From the NCBI GenBank assembly GCA_017405245.1, contig JAFRAU010000036.1, positions 5,722-69,721 on the forward strand: a stretch of DNA of 64,000 nucleotides, read 5' to 3'. The notes under the pieces were generated by a model. The model was given only the letters and a program-made list of their open reading frames with translations. It had not been told where the DNA came from and made no database searches. Source of the stretch: Candidatus Saccharimonadota bacterium. GTDB lineage: Bacteria; Patescibacteriota; Saccharimonadia; Saccharimonadales; Saccharimonadaceae. Shown piece by piece: positions 18,700 to 26,045 of the stretch; the first letter of the stretch is position 1; every line of letters begins with the position of its first letter. A program made the translations under genes and the position numbers.

Positions 18700-19026
18700 A
18701 TGAGACAATCAGACATTTTTACTATTATTATAGTGGGTACGGTGGGGACGGTAGTTGCGGCTATTTTGTGTAATTTGATTTTAGGCGACCCAAATGATAA
18801 GTCGGTAACTTTCAAAACAGTAAAAGTGGTGGAAGCATCTTTGGCACAACCTGATCCAGAAGTATTTAACGTGGAAGCGATTAACCCGACAGTGGAAGTG
18901 TATGTGGGTGAATGTGAGGATATTGATCAAGATGGTCAGCTTAACGAAGCAGAACTTGTGGCGTGCGGAAGAGCCGACGCGGTAACAGAGGCTGGGAGTG
19001 GTGCGGCTGAATCTGGGGGAGAATAA
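18700..19026 (+). CDS. Small membrane-anchored protein of the pilus operon
   Basis: N-terminal TM helix (IFTIIIVGTVGTVVAAILCNLIL), acidic C-terminus. Tightly packed between the PilO-like gene and pilB. Confidence 0.4.
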   Translation: MRQSDIFTIIIVGTVGTVVAAILCNLILGDPNDKSVTFKTVKVVEASLAQPDPEVFNVEAINPTVEVYVGECEDIDQDGQLNEAELVACGRADAVTEAGSGAAESGGE

Positions 19027-19028
19027 AG

Positions 19029-20789
19029 GTGGCACTACTAACGCGGGAAACACAAGATAAGGTAATTAAGTTACTGGTGGACGAGGGTCTAGCGGACTCG
19101 GCGTTGGTGAAAAGTGCCGCAGAGGAGGCGCAAAAGAATAAACAACCCCTAATTGCATACCTTACTTCTAAGGGTATTATCAATACGGAGATGGTGGCTC
19201 ATGCAACGGCAGTAGCGATTGGGGTGCAGTATATCGATCTAAAAAACGTGACGATGGACAGGGAAGTACTTCTGAATTTGCCGCAAGACGTAGCAACAAG
19301 AAGTATGGTAGTGCCAGTGGGGGAAGTTAATAATCAGTTGATTGTGGCGATGATTGATGTGACAAATGTCCAGGCCACGGATTATCTGTCGCAGCTGACT
19401 GGACGACCGATTAAGGCGGTGATGTCTTCGGAAGAAGGGATAAAGCAGGTACTAGCACAGTATGTGGGTGATTTTTCTAGCGTTAAGCAAGCGGTAAAGT
19501 CTACTAATGAGGAAATACAACAGCAGGCGTCAGATGTTAAAACTATTACTCAGGACTCGCCGATATCTAAGGCGCTCACGTCAATTTTGGATTTTGCGGT
19601 GAAGTCGAAAGCTTCTGATATTCACATTGAGCCGCTAGAAGATTCACTGGTGATTAGGTGTAGAATAGATGGCGTACTTCGGCAGGTAATGGAACTGCCG
19701 AAGTCGATTGAGCCTGCTTTGGTGTCGCGTATAAAAATTTTATCCGACCTTAAAATTGATGAACATCGTGTACCACAGGATGGTCAATTTGCGGTGAAAA
19801 TTGGTGATAAGGAAGTGGACCTTCGTATTGCGATTGCACCGGTAGTGTGGGGTGAACAAGTGGTGATTCGTTTGTTGGACAAAACTGGTACAACGATGGA
19901 TATAGAACAGATGGGTATGACAGGACGTGCACTTAGAATGGTGCTAGATGGTATTTCTAAACCGAATGGGATGATTCTAACATCGGGTCCGACTGGTTCT
20001 GGTAAATCTACAACACTGTATGCTTTGATTAAGAAGATTAAAGACGTGAAAATTAATATCGTAACATTGGAAGATCCAGTGGAATATAAGATGGATGGAG
20101 TGAATCAGATACAGGTAAATGTAGATGCAGGATTGACTTTTGCGTCAGGTCTACGTTCGATTTTGCGTCAGGATCCAGATGTGGTAATGGTGGGGGAGAT
20201 TCGTGATTCAGAGACGGCTAATCTGGCGGTACAAGCGGCGCTTACGGGACACTTAGTATTTTCTACACTGCACACAAACTCGGCGGCGGGTATTTTGCCT
20301 CGTCTTACGGAAATGGGGATTGAGCCGTTCCTTATTGCCTCGACGTTAAACACTGTAATTGGGCAGAGGTTAGTGAGGAGAGTAACGGAGAAAAGAACTT
20401 CTTATACGTCTTCTGATTTGGAGACAAAGGAATTAAATGAGGTGCTTGGCGATATTTTACCAAAGGATCAGTCTCAGGTAGCAGCTGTGTCGGAGAGTTT
20501 GGGATATCCAGGGTTACCTGTTGTTAACAATAATGGTTATACATTAGTGAAGGGATTTGATGATAAGGACTCCCCAGGTGGATATAAAGGGCGAGCAGGT
20601 TTATATGAGACTATTACAGTGGATGATGATATCCAGAAATTAATTGTGGCGCATGCAACATCGGCAGATATTATGAAGGTGGCAAAAGCAAAGGGAACAG
20701 TGACGATGCGGCAGGATGGGATGCTTAAAGCTCTTTCTGGAATTACAACCATGACGGAAGTAAACAGAGTTGCGTCTGACCTTGCATAA
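19029..20789 (+). CDS. pilB: Type IV pilus assembly (extension) ATPase PilB/GspE family
   Basis: GTG start. T2SSE N-domain, Walker A GPTGSGKST, His box TGHLVFSTLHTN. Confidence 0.9.
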   Translation: MALLTRETQDKVIKLLVDEGLADSALVKSAAEEAQKNKQPLIAYLTSKGIINTEMVAHATAVAIGVQYIDLKNVTMDREVLLNLPQDVATRSMVVPVGEVNNQLIVAMIDVTNVQATDYLSQLTGRPIKAVMSSEEGIKQVLAQYVGDFSSVKQAVKSTNEEIQQQASDVKTITQDSPISKALTSILDFAVKSKASDIHIEPLEDSLVIRCRIDGVLRQVMELPKSIEPALVSRIKILSDLKIDEHRVPQDGQFAVKIGDKEVDLRIAIAPVVWGEQVVIRLLDKTGTTMDIEQMGMTGRALRMVLDGISKPNGMILTSGPTGSGKSTTLYALIKKIKDVKINIVTLEDPVEYKMDGVNQIQVNVDAGLTFASGLRSILRQDPDVVMVGEIRDSETANLAVQAALTGHLVFSTLHTNSAAGILPRLTEMGIEPFLIASTLNTVIGQRLVRRVTEKRTSYTSSDLETKELNEVLGDILPKDQSQVAAVSESLGYPGLPVVNNNGYTLVKGFDDKDSPGGYKGRAGLYETITVDDDIQKLIVAHATSADIMKVAKAKGTVTMRQDGMLKALSGITTMTEVNRVASDLA

Positions 20790-20829
20790 TTTCCTACACA
20801 AAATATAATTCTTATGGTAAAATGTATAT

Positions 20830-22260
20830 ATGGATAATAGTGGGCAGATGAATATACAAACTACACCTATGGGAGCGCAACCGATGATGGGAGCACAGCC
20901 GGTAGGGGCGGTGGCGGGAGTGACTGCTGCATCCGGAACGGCTACTCCACAGGGGGCGACTGCTGTTCCAGTCGTGGAGCCAGCTGGGATTCCGACTGAT
21001 GCAACAGCAAATCCTACAATGGGGGCACAACCTGTCAGTGCCTCGCCTAGTGGAGATGTCTCAGGGGGCGGGTCGGCGACTTCTAGTGTGGTTAATGCCA
21101 CTGCAACTACGCCTTTGACAGTTGAGAACTCTCCGGCAGCTGTTTCTGCGGAAAAGGGCGAGGGTTTTGCTGCGACGAATGGGGCGGCAACACCGGCAAA
21201 AAGTGTAAGAATTGAGACTCTGCTTGAAGAGTGTGTGAAACGTAACGCATCTGACCTTCATATACAAGTTGGACTTCCGCCAATATTGCGTGTAGATGGA
21301 GCATTGGTACCAATAGCTGGGATTTCTACGTTGACGGAGGATTCGATTCAGAAATTAGTATTCTCGACACTTGACTCGGAGCAGAGAGAAGTTTTAACAA
21401 AGGATAAGGAGTTTGACTATTCGTTTGCTTTTGGAAATATCGCGAGGTTTCGTGTTAATGCGTTCCAAGAAAGAGGTAATCTTGCGGCGGCATTTCGTTT
21501 GATACCAAATAAAATGCCAACACTAGCGGACTTGGGACTTCCACAAGTAATTTCTACGTTTGCAGATTATCCAAGAGGCTTAGTGCTTGTGACTGGACCA
21601 ACCGGTTCTGGTAAATCTACTACGCTTGCGGCTTTAATTGATAAAATTAATCAGGAAAAATCAGTACATATTATTACGATTGAGGACCCAATTGAATTTG
21701 CGCATAAGTCTAAGAGATCTGTGATTGTGCAGAGGGAAGTGCACTATGATACTTATTCATTCGCGAGAGCGTTGAAGTCGGTTCTTCGTCAAGATCCGGA
21801 TGTAGTACTACTGGGCGAGATGCGTGATCTTGAAACGATGTCCTCGGCAATTACAATTGCGGAAACAGGGCACTTAGTTTTTGCTACACTTCACACTAAC
21901 TCGGCGGCGCAGTCGATTGATCGTATGATTGACGTGTTCCCAGCAGAACAACAACCACAGATTAGGTCGCAGCTTTCTTCTATCTTGATGGCAGTTTGTT
22001 CTCAGAGGTTGGTGCCGGCGATTGGCGGTGGTCGTATTGCAGCATGTGAGATTTTAGTAGCAAATACTGCCGTAAGGTCAATTATTCGTGAAGGAAAAAC
22101 GCATCAGCTAGATACAGCGATTCAGACTGGTATTAATGAAGGTATGCAGACGATGGATAGGACACTGGCAAAGTTGGTACAACAGGGAACGATTACATTT
22201 GATTCGGCCTTGGAATTTGCTGTGGATCCGAATGAATTTAAGAGGCTTGCCAAGGGATAA
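20830..22260 (+). CDS. pilT: Twitching-motility (retraction) ATPase PilT with a roughly 130-aa low-complexity N-terminal extension
   Basis: GPTGSGKST, TGHLVFATLHTNSA, AVRSIIREGKTHQ (PilT signature). N-terminus has MGAQP repeats. ATG lies 7 nt after TGgTAAAAT (20815-20823). Confidence 0.85.
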   Translation: MDNSGQMNIQTTPMGAQPMMGAQPVGAVAGVTAASGTATPQGATAVPVVEPAGIPTDATANPTMGAQPVSASPSGDVSGGGSATSSVVNATATTPLTVENSPAAVSAEKGEGFAATNGAATPAKSVRIETLLEECVKRNASDLHIQVGLPPILRVDGALVPIAGISTLTEDSIQKLVFSTLDSEQREVLTKDKEFDYSFAFGNIARFRVNAFQERGNLAAAFRLIPNKMPTLADLGLPQVISTFADYPRGLVLVTGPTGSGKSTTLAALIDKINQEKSVHIITIEDPIEFAHKSKRSVIVQREVHYDTYSFARALKSVLRQDPDVVLLGEMRDLETMSSAITIAETGHLVFATLHTNSAAQSIDRMIDVFPAEQQPQIRSQLSSILMAVCSQRLVPAIGGGRIAACEILVANTAVRSIIREGKTHQLDTAIQTGINEGMQTMDRTLAKLVQQGTITFDSALEFAVDPNEFKRLAKG

Positions 22261-22281
22261 AGTCACGCTAAGGTGGAATAA

Positions 22282-23487
22282 ATGCGGCGATTTAACTATA
22301 AGGCAAGAGATAGTAAAAGCGGAAAGACCGTAAAGGGTACTATTCAGGCGGAGAACGAGCGTGCGGCTGGAAAGCTCTTATTAGACCAAGGTTATGTGCC
22401 TGATTATGTTGAGGAGGAAGATACTAATAGTATTTTTGCAAAACTATCTTCGAAGGTTTCTGGGAAGGATAAAATTGTCTTTACAAGGCAGTTTGCGACT
22501 TTGATTGGTGCAGGGCTTCCGCTTTCTAATGCACTTAGGACTTTGGTCGAACAGACTCAAAGTAAGCCAATGCGAAAAGTGATTGAAGACATTCTAGCAC
22601 AAGTAGAAGCGGGTAAGTCGCTGATGGAAGCTTGTTCTAAGCATCCAGACGTATTCGACCAAGTGTATTTATCACTTATTCAAGCAGGTGAAGCATCTGG
22701 TACGTTGGATTTAGCTCTGAAACGATTAGCGGACCAGAAAGAAAAAGACGAGGGAATGATTTCGAAGATTCGTGGCGCGATGACTTATCCTGCGATTGTG
22801 CTTTTTGTAATCATTGCCGTAGTAGTGTTTATGATGGTAATGGTCGTACCGCAGGTGAAAAATCTCTATGCAGATTTGGGACAGGAGCTTCCAGTTGCTA
22901 CGCAGATTTTAGTGGGGCTGTCGGACTTTGTGATACACCAGTGGTATGTGGTGCTGATTTCTGTCGCGCTGTTTGTATGGCTATTTATGCAGTTTAGAAA
23001 AACCGATACAGGGAAGAGATGGGCGGCGATTTTTAAACTTAATGTGCCGATGTTTAAGAATTTGTTTCTGAGACTTTATAATGCAAGATTTGCAAGAACA
23101 ATGCAGATGCTTCTTTCTACTGGTGTGGCGCTACTAGACTCGATGAGAATGTCTGGTGAGGCGACGAATAATGTGATGTATCTAGAACAGATTACCATGG
23201 CGATGGAAAAGGTGCAGGCTGGTAAACCATTGTCGGAAGCACTTAGGGATAAGAAATATATGATGCCGCTCGTTCCACAAATGGCATCTATTGGTGAAGA
23301 GTCAGGTAAAATTGATGAAATGTTGGGTAAAGCGGCGCAGGTTTATGAAGATGAACTTGATGAACAGATTGCAGCTATATCTACAATGATTGAGCCGATT
23401 TTGATGGTAATTATGGCGCTTCTGATTGGTGGTGTTGTACTAGCAGTATTGATGCCGATTTATAGTCTTGTTAATAGTGTTGGTTAA
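22282..23487 (+). CDS. pilC: Type IV pilus platform protein PilC (T2SS F family)
   Basis: Two T2SSF repeats and 3 TM segments. AAGGTGGA ribosome-binding site. Confidence 0.9.
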   Translation: MRRFNYKARDSKSGKTVKGTIQAENERAAGKLLLDQGYVPDYVEEEDTNSIFAKLSSKVSGKDKIVFTRQFATLIGAGLPLSNALRTLVEQTQSKPMRKVIEDILAQVEAGKSLMEACSKHPDVFDQVYLSLIQAGEASGTLDLALKRLADQKEKDEGMISKIRGAMTYPAIVLFVIIAVVVFMMVMVVPQVKNLYADLGQELPVATQILVGLSDFVIHQWYVVLISVALFVWLFMQFRKTDTGKRWAAIFKLNVPMFKNLFLRLYNARFARTMQMLLSTGVALLDSMRMSGEATNNVMYLEQITMAMEKVQAGKPLSEALRDKKYMMPLVPQMASIGEESGKIDEMLGKAAQVYEDELDEQIAAISTMIEPILMVIMALLIGGVVLAVLMPIYSLVNSVG

Positions 23488-23515
23488 GCTTTCAAACAAT
23501 CCATGCAAGTAACGT

Positions 23516-23628
23516 TAGGAAATCCACGTAAATAGTTTTTCCATTCAGCTAATATGCAATTAGTCAGTATATTGCAGTGTGAACTGACGTTTATGAATGG
23601 AAAAATCTATTTACGTAAGGATTTCCTA
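23516..23628. repeat. 113-bp imperfect inverted repeat (32/35-nt arms)
   Basis: TAGGAAATCCACGTAAATAGTTTTTCCATTCA ... TGAATGGAAAAATCTATTTACGTAAGGATTTCCTA. The arms differ only by 3 inserted nt. The 46-nt centre has its own GTCAGT/ACTGAC pairing. Confidence 0.8.
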
Positions 23629-23658
23629 CACAGAATTTCCAAAGAATTTCTAAAATAG

Positions 23659-23698
23659 TTGACAAAATCAATTCGATTGTATACAATCGAATTATAAT
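23659..23698 (+). promoter_or_regulatory. gpx operon promoter with a perfect 24-bp palindromic operator
   Basis: TTGACA (23659-23664), 17-nt spacer, TACAAT (23682-23687). The palindrome AATTCGATTGTA|TACAATCGAATT (23670-23693) covers the spacer and the -10 element. Confidence 0.75.
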
Positions 23699-23714
23699 TT
23701 AATGGAGATTTATT

Positions 23715-24269
23715 ATGAATATTTATGACTTTACAGTAAAAAACCGTAAGGGTGAAGACGTTTCTTTGAAGGAATATCAGGGGAAAGTACTTTTAATTGT
23801 CAATACGGCGACAGGATGTGGATTTACTCCACAGTATAAAGGGCTGGAAGAGCTTTATGAAAAATATCATAAAGATGGTCTAGAAATATTGGATTTCCCG
23901 TGTGACCAATTTGGTCATCAGGCTCCTGGTACTAACGATGAGATTCATGAATTTTGTACGGCGAAGTATAAAACTACTTTTGACCAACTTGCAAAAGTCG
24001 AGGTCAATGGCGACAAAGCGGAACCACTCTTCTCTTGGCTAAAAGAACAGAAGCAGGATGAGGAGGTTAAGGGACTTAAAAATAAGATGGCAATGGCAGC
24101 GGTTTCTAAGATAGGCAAAGTTGCTGGTGAAAAAGGCTTTGTTCGCTGGAATTTTACAAAATTCTTAGTTTCACGTGATGGTAAAGTGGTCGGGAGATTT
24201 GCTCCGACAACTGAGCCAAAGGAATTTGAACAAGCGGTTGCTAAGGAAATTGCTAAGAAGGCTAATTAG
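23715..24269 (+). CDS. Glutathione peroxidase-family thiol peroxidase (Cys type)
   Basis: NTATGCGFTPQY and WNFTKFLV signatures. Confidence 0.9.
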   Translation: MNIYDFTVKNRKGEDVSLKEYQGKVLLIVNTATGCGFTPQYKGLEELYEKYHKDGLEILDFPCDQFGHQAPGTNDEIHEFCTAKYKTTFDQLAKVEVNGDKAEPLFSWLKEQKQDEEVKGLKNKMAMAAVSKIGKVAGEKGFVRWNFTKFLVSRDGKVVGRFAPTTEPKEFEQAVAKEIAKKAN

Positions 24270-24308
24270 TATATTAGACTTTAATGATGATTTGATTTTG
24301 GAGACAAA

Positions 24309-25205
24309 ATGTTTGACATAATTATAATTGGAGCTGGTCCGGCTGGACTTACTTCTGCAATATATGGACTAAGGGCAGGAAAAAAAGTTTTAGTCCTAGA
24401 AGGTAAGGCCTATGGTGGACAGATTATAAATGCTGAGATGGTGGAGAATTACCCTGGGATGCCGAAAATTTCTGGTGTGGAGCTTGCCACTAATATGTAT
24501 AATCAAGTGAAAGACTTGGGCGGGGAAGTAAAGTTTGAAAAAGTAGTGAAGATTACGGATGGTAAAATTAAATCAGTAAAGACAGATGAGGGTACTTACC
24601 AGGCAAAGGCAGTAATAATTGCGACAGGTGCAGAGAATCGAAAGTTAGGTATAGAGCGTGAGAAAGAGTTGACTGGAAAGGGAGTATCGTATTGTGCTAC
24701 TTGCGACGGACATTTCTATAAAGGAAAAGATGTTGTGGTGGTAGGAGGAGGAAATACCGCACTCCAAGATGCGCTGTACCTTTCTAATCTAGTAAATAAA
24801 GTCTGTATAGTGCATAGAAGAGATGAATTTAGAGGTGATTATGCTAATGTAGCTGCGCTTAAAAAAAGAAAGAATGTAGAACTAGTTTTAAAAGCTAATG
24901 TAATTGAGCTAAAAGGTGAGCCAAAGCTAGAAGAAGTAGTGGTGAAGGACGATAGTGGAGAAATTAAGAATATTCCAGCGAGTGGAATATTTATGGCGGT
25001 TGGTTATGTACCGCAGAATGAAGCTTTTTCTGATGTAGTGAAATTGGACGAGGCGGGCTATATTCAGACAGAAGACGGCGTACATACAAGTGCTAGCGGC
25101 ATATATGTTGCAGGGGATGCAAGAGCAAAGGAATTAAAACAATTAACAACGGCGGTAAGTGACGGCTCAATAGCCGCTGATACTGCGGTAAAGGAGATGA
25201 AATGA
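24309..25205 (+). CDS. trxB: Thioredoxin-disulfide reductase
   Basis: GAGPAG FAD motif, redox-active CATCDG, GGGNTA NADPH motif. Confidence 0.9.
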   Translation: MFDIIIIGAGPAGLTSAIYGLRAGKKVLVLEGKAYGGQIINAEMVENYPGMPKISGVELATNMYNQVKDLGGEVKFEKVVKITDGKIKSVKTDEGTYQAKAVIIATGAENRKLGIEREKELTGKGVSYCATCDGHFYKGKDVVVVGGGNTALQDALYLSNLVNKVCIVHRRDEFRGDYANVAALKKRKNVELVLKANVIELKGEPKLEEVVVKDDSGEIKNIPASGIFMAVGYVPQNEAFSDVVKLDEAGYIQTEDGVHTSASGIYVAGDARAKELKQLTTAVSDGSIAADTAVKEMK

Positions 25206-25513
25206 GTATAGAGAATTTAACTGAAAAAACTTTTGACGAAAAAGTAAAAAAAGGGAAAGTCTTAGTAGATTGTTATGCGGATTGGTGTGGACCATGCCAG
25301 ATGATGTCACCAATTATTGATGAAGTGGCGGAGGAAAATGATGATTGGCAGGTCTATAAACTCGATACGGACGCTGAGCAAGAAATAATGGAAAAATATG
25401 AAATTATGTCGATTCCAACACTGCTGATTTTTAAGGACGGAGAACTAATTGATACGTTAGTTGGGTTCAAACCGAAAGCCGAGCTTTTGAAGGCACTGAA
25501 AAATGTGGAATAA
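25202..25513 (+). CDS. trxA: Thioredoxin
   Basis: WCGPC active site. ATGA overlap with trxB. Confidence 0.9.
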   Translation: MSIENLTEKTFDEKVKKGKVLVDCYADWCGPCQMMSPIIDEVAEENDDWQVYKLDTDAEQEIMEKYEIMSIPTLLIFKDGELIDTLVGFKPKAELLKALKNVE

Positions 25514-25940
25514 TGATAAGTGCTTAGAACTAGATAGGCAACTATGTTTTCCGATGTATGCGGCTTCTAAGGAGATTGTGCGAAAATATACACCTCTCTT
25601 GGAGCCGCTAGGGCTGACATATACTCAATATATTGTAATGTTAGTGTTGTGGGAAGAAGAAGTAGTGACAATGAGAGATTTGGGGGATAGGCTCTACCTG
25701 GACTCTGGTACGCTTACGCCACTTCTGGACAAGTTGGAAACAAAAAGGTTAATTAAAAGAAGTCGGAATGAGGATGACGAGCGGACACTGGATATTGCGC
25801 TGACTAAAAAGGGAATTGCACTAAAAGAGGAAGCGCGAAAGATTCCTAAGAAGATTGGAAGATGCCTTAGACTTTCTCCGAGGGAAGCTTATGAGCTTTC
25901 GACGATTTTGAAGAAAATCTTGAAAAGAACGTCAATGTAG
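25503..25940 (+). CDS. MarR-family regulator, OhrR-like (organic hydroperoxide sensing type)
   Basis: LDRQLCFPMYAASKE carries the N-terminal sensing-Cys context of OhrR. wHTH LTYTQYIVMLVLWE. Last gene of the peroxidase operon. Confidence 0.75.
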   Translation: MWNNDKCLELDRQLCFPMYAASKEIVRKYTPLLEPLGLTYTQYIVMLVLWEEEVVTMRDLGDRLYLDSGTLTPLLDKLETKRLIKRSRNEDDERTLDIALTKKGIALKEEARKIPKKIGRCLRLSPREAYELSTILKKILKRTSM

Positions 25941-25957
25941 TGTATAATAGTTTTAGT

Positions 25958-26034
25958 GGATTCGTAGCTCAGTTGGTTAGAGCGCTGCCCTGTCACGGCA
26001 GAGGTCGCGAGTTCGAGTCTCGTCGGATCCGCCA
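25958..26034 (+). tRNA. tRNA-Asp (GTC), CCA encoded
   Basis: Cloverleaf: acceptor GGATTCG/CGGATCC, anticodon loop CTGTCAC, T-arm GCGAGTTCGAGTCTCGT. TATAAT at 25943-25948. Confidence 0.9.
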
Positions 26035-26045
26035 AATTAACTTCG

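Noticed and set aside
20640-21101. 153-aa and 72-aa minus-strand ORFs over the pilB end and pilT start
   Set aside because: They are produced by the locally GC-rich low-complexity region encoding the PilT N-terminal extension. They overlap two well-supported plus-strand genes.
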